NCBI GenBank assembly: GCA_035646815.1
Contig: DASRON010000025.1
Span: 1-45,086 of the forward strand
Length of the DNA: 45,086 nucleotides
Source of the DNA: Patescibacteria group bacterium
GTDB lineage: Bacteria; Patescibacteriota; Microgenomatia; Levybacterales; UBA12049
Reading direction: 5' to 3'
Positions 44,785-45,086 of this stretch are shown here, one piece after another. The notes under the pieces were generated by a model. It made no database searches, was not told the origin of the DNA, and was given only the letters and a program-made list of their open reading frames with translations. Numbering within the stretch: position 1 is the stretch's first letter; every line of letters starts with the position of its first letter. Both the position numbers and the translations under genes were made by a program.

Positions 44785-45086
44785 AAAAAGGATTTACTTT
44801 AATTGAACTTTTGATAGTAGTAGCTATAATAGGAGTCTTAGCAACGCTTCTTATGTCAAATTTTGTGGGAGTAAGACAAAGAGGAAGAGATGCAGAAAGA
44901 AAGTCAGATTTAAGACAAATGCAATCTGCTTTAGAAATGTATAGAGCAGATAACGGTTTATATCCTCTTACAGCAGCATTTCCTGCTTGTGGGACTTCTT
45001 TTACATACGATGATGGAGGAAATGTAACTACCTATATGCAAAAAGTTCCTTGTGATCCTGTAAATAGTGGTTCTCTTGTTCTTACT
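44781..45086 (+). CDS. GspG-like pilin/pseudopilin, 5' part (runs off the window)
   Basis: ATGA-coupled start. MKKG|FTLIELLIVVAIIGVLATLL...RDAERKSDLRQMQSALEMYRADNGLYP. Not in the ORF track because no stop falls in the window. Confidence 0.8.
   Translation, partial: MKKGFTLIELLIVVAIIGVLATLLMSNFVGVRQRGRDAERKSDLRQMQSALEMYRADNGLYPLTAAFPACGTSFTYDDGGNVTTYMQKVPCDPVNSGSLVLT

Overview
This is a gene-dense, AT-rich bacterial fragment that reads cleanly with the standard genetic code. TGA ends carB and one pilin gene at the expected C-termini. Short housekeeping proteins, a DUF3467-like gene, a type IV pilus locus without pilMNOPQ and a decaying pyrimidine operon suggest a streamlined, possibly CPR/Patescibacteria-like genome; this is inference only.

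Layout:
- 1-9.0 kb: mostly minus-strand housekeeping genes (murB 3' end, Kef-type antiporter, prfA, rpmE, hisS, AI-2E transporter, M24 peptidase, two exported proteins).
- 9.1-20.7 kb: an all plus-strand block (dnaB, DedA, two glycosyltransferases, NIF3-like, efp, RluA-family synthase, LytR_C protein, yebC), with a minus-strand tRNA-Leu(CAA) and one minus-strand TPR gene embedded.
- 20.7-25.8 kb: an accessory-looking patch where transcription from both sides converges. It holds an 873-bp ORF-free repeat/hairpin-rich spacer, a PD-(D/E)xK-like nuclease gene, an orphan Cys-rich pilin-like gene, a CAP-domain gene, a membrane protein gene and a XerC/D-family tyrosine recombinase gene.
- 25.8-38.7 kb: a minus-strand block (SIMPL, a 25-codon pyrC remnant, carB, carA, pyrB, folD, gyrA, ppa, gyrB, holB).
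- 38.8-45.1 kb: a plus-strand type IV pilus locus (pilB, pilT, pilC, pilin, pilD, two more pilin-like genes).

The most interesting signal is a pair of about 20-bp inverted repeats, at 21406-21426 and 24794-24813. They bracket the 3.4-kb accessory cassette. The right copy sits between the recombinase promoter and its ATG, so this is a candidate invertible segment or dif-like site pair.

Secondary signals:
- the ORF-free spacer itself, with its strong minus-strand terminator
- widespread leaderless promoter-start architecture
- decay scars: a pyrC stub and recombinase-tail remnants next to the tRNA
- an Arg at the EF-P modification position

All calls come from reading the sequence and from remembered family motifs. 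No database search was run.
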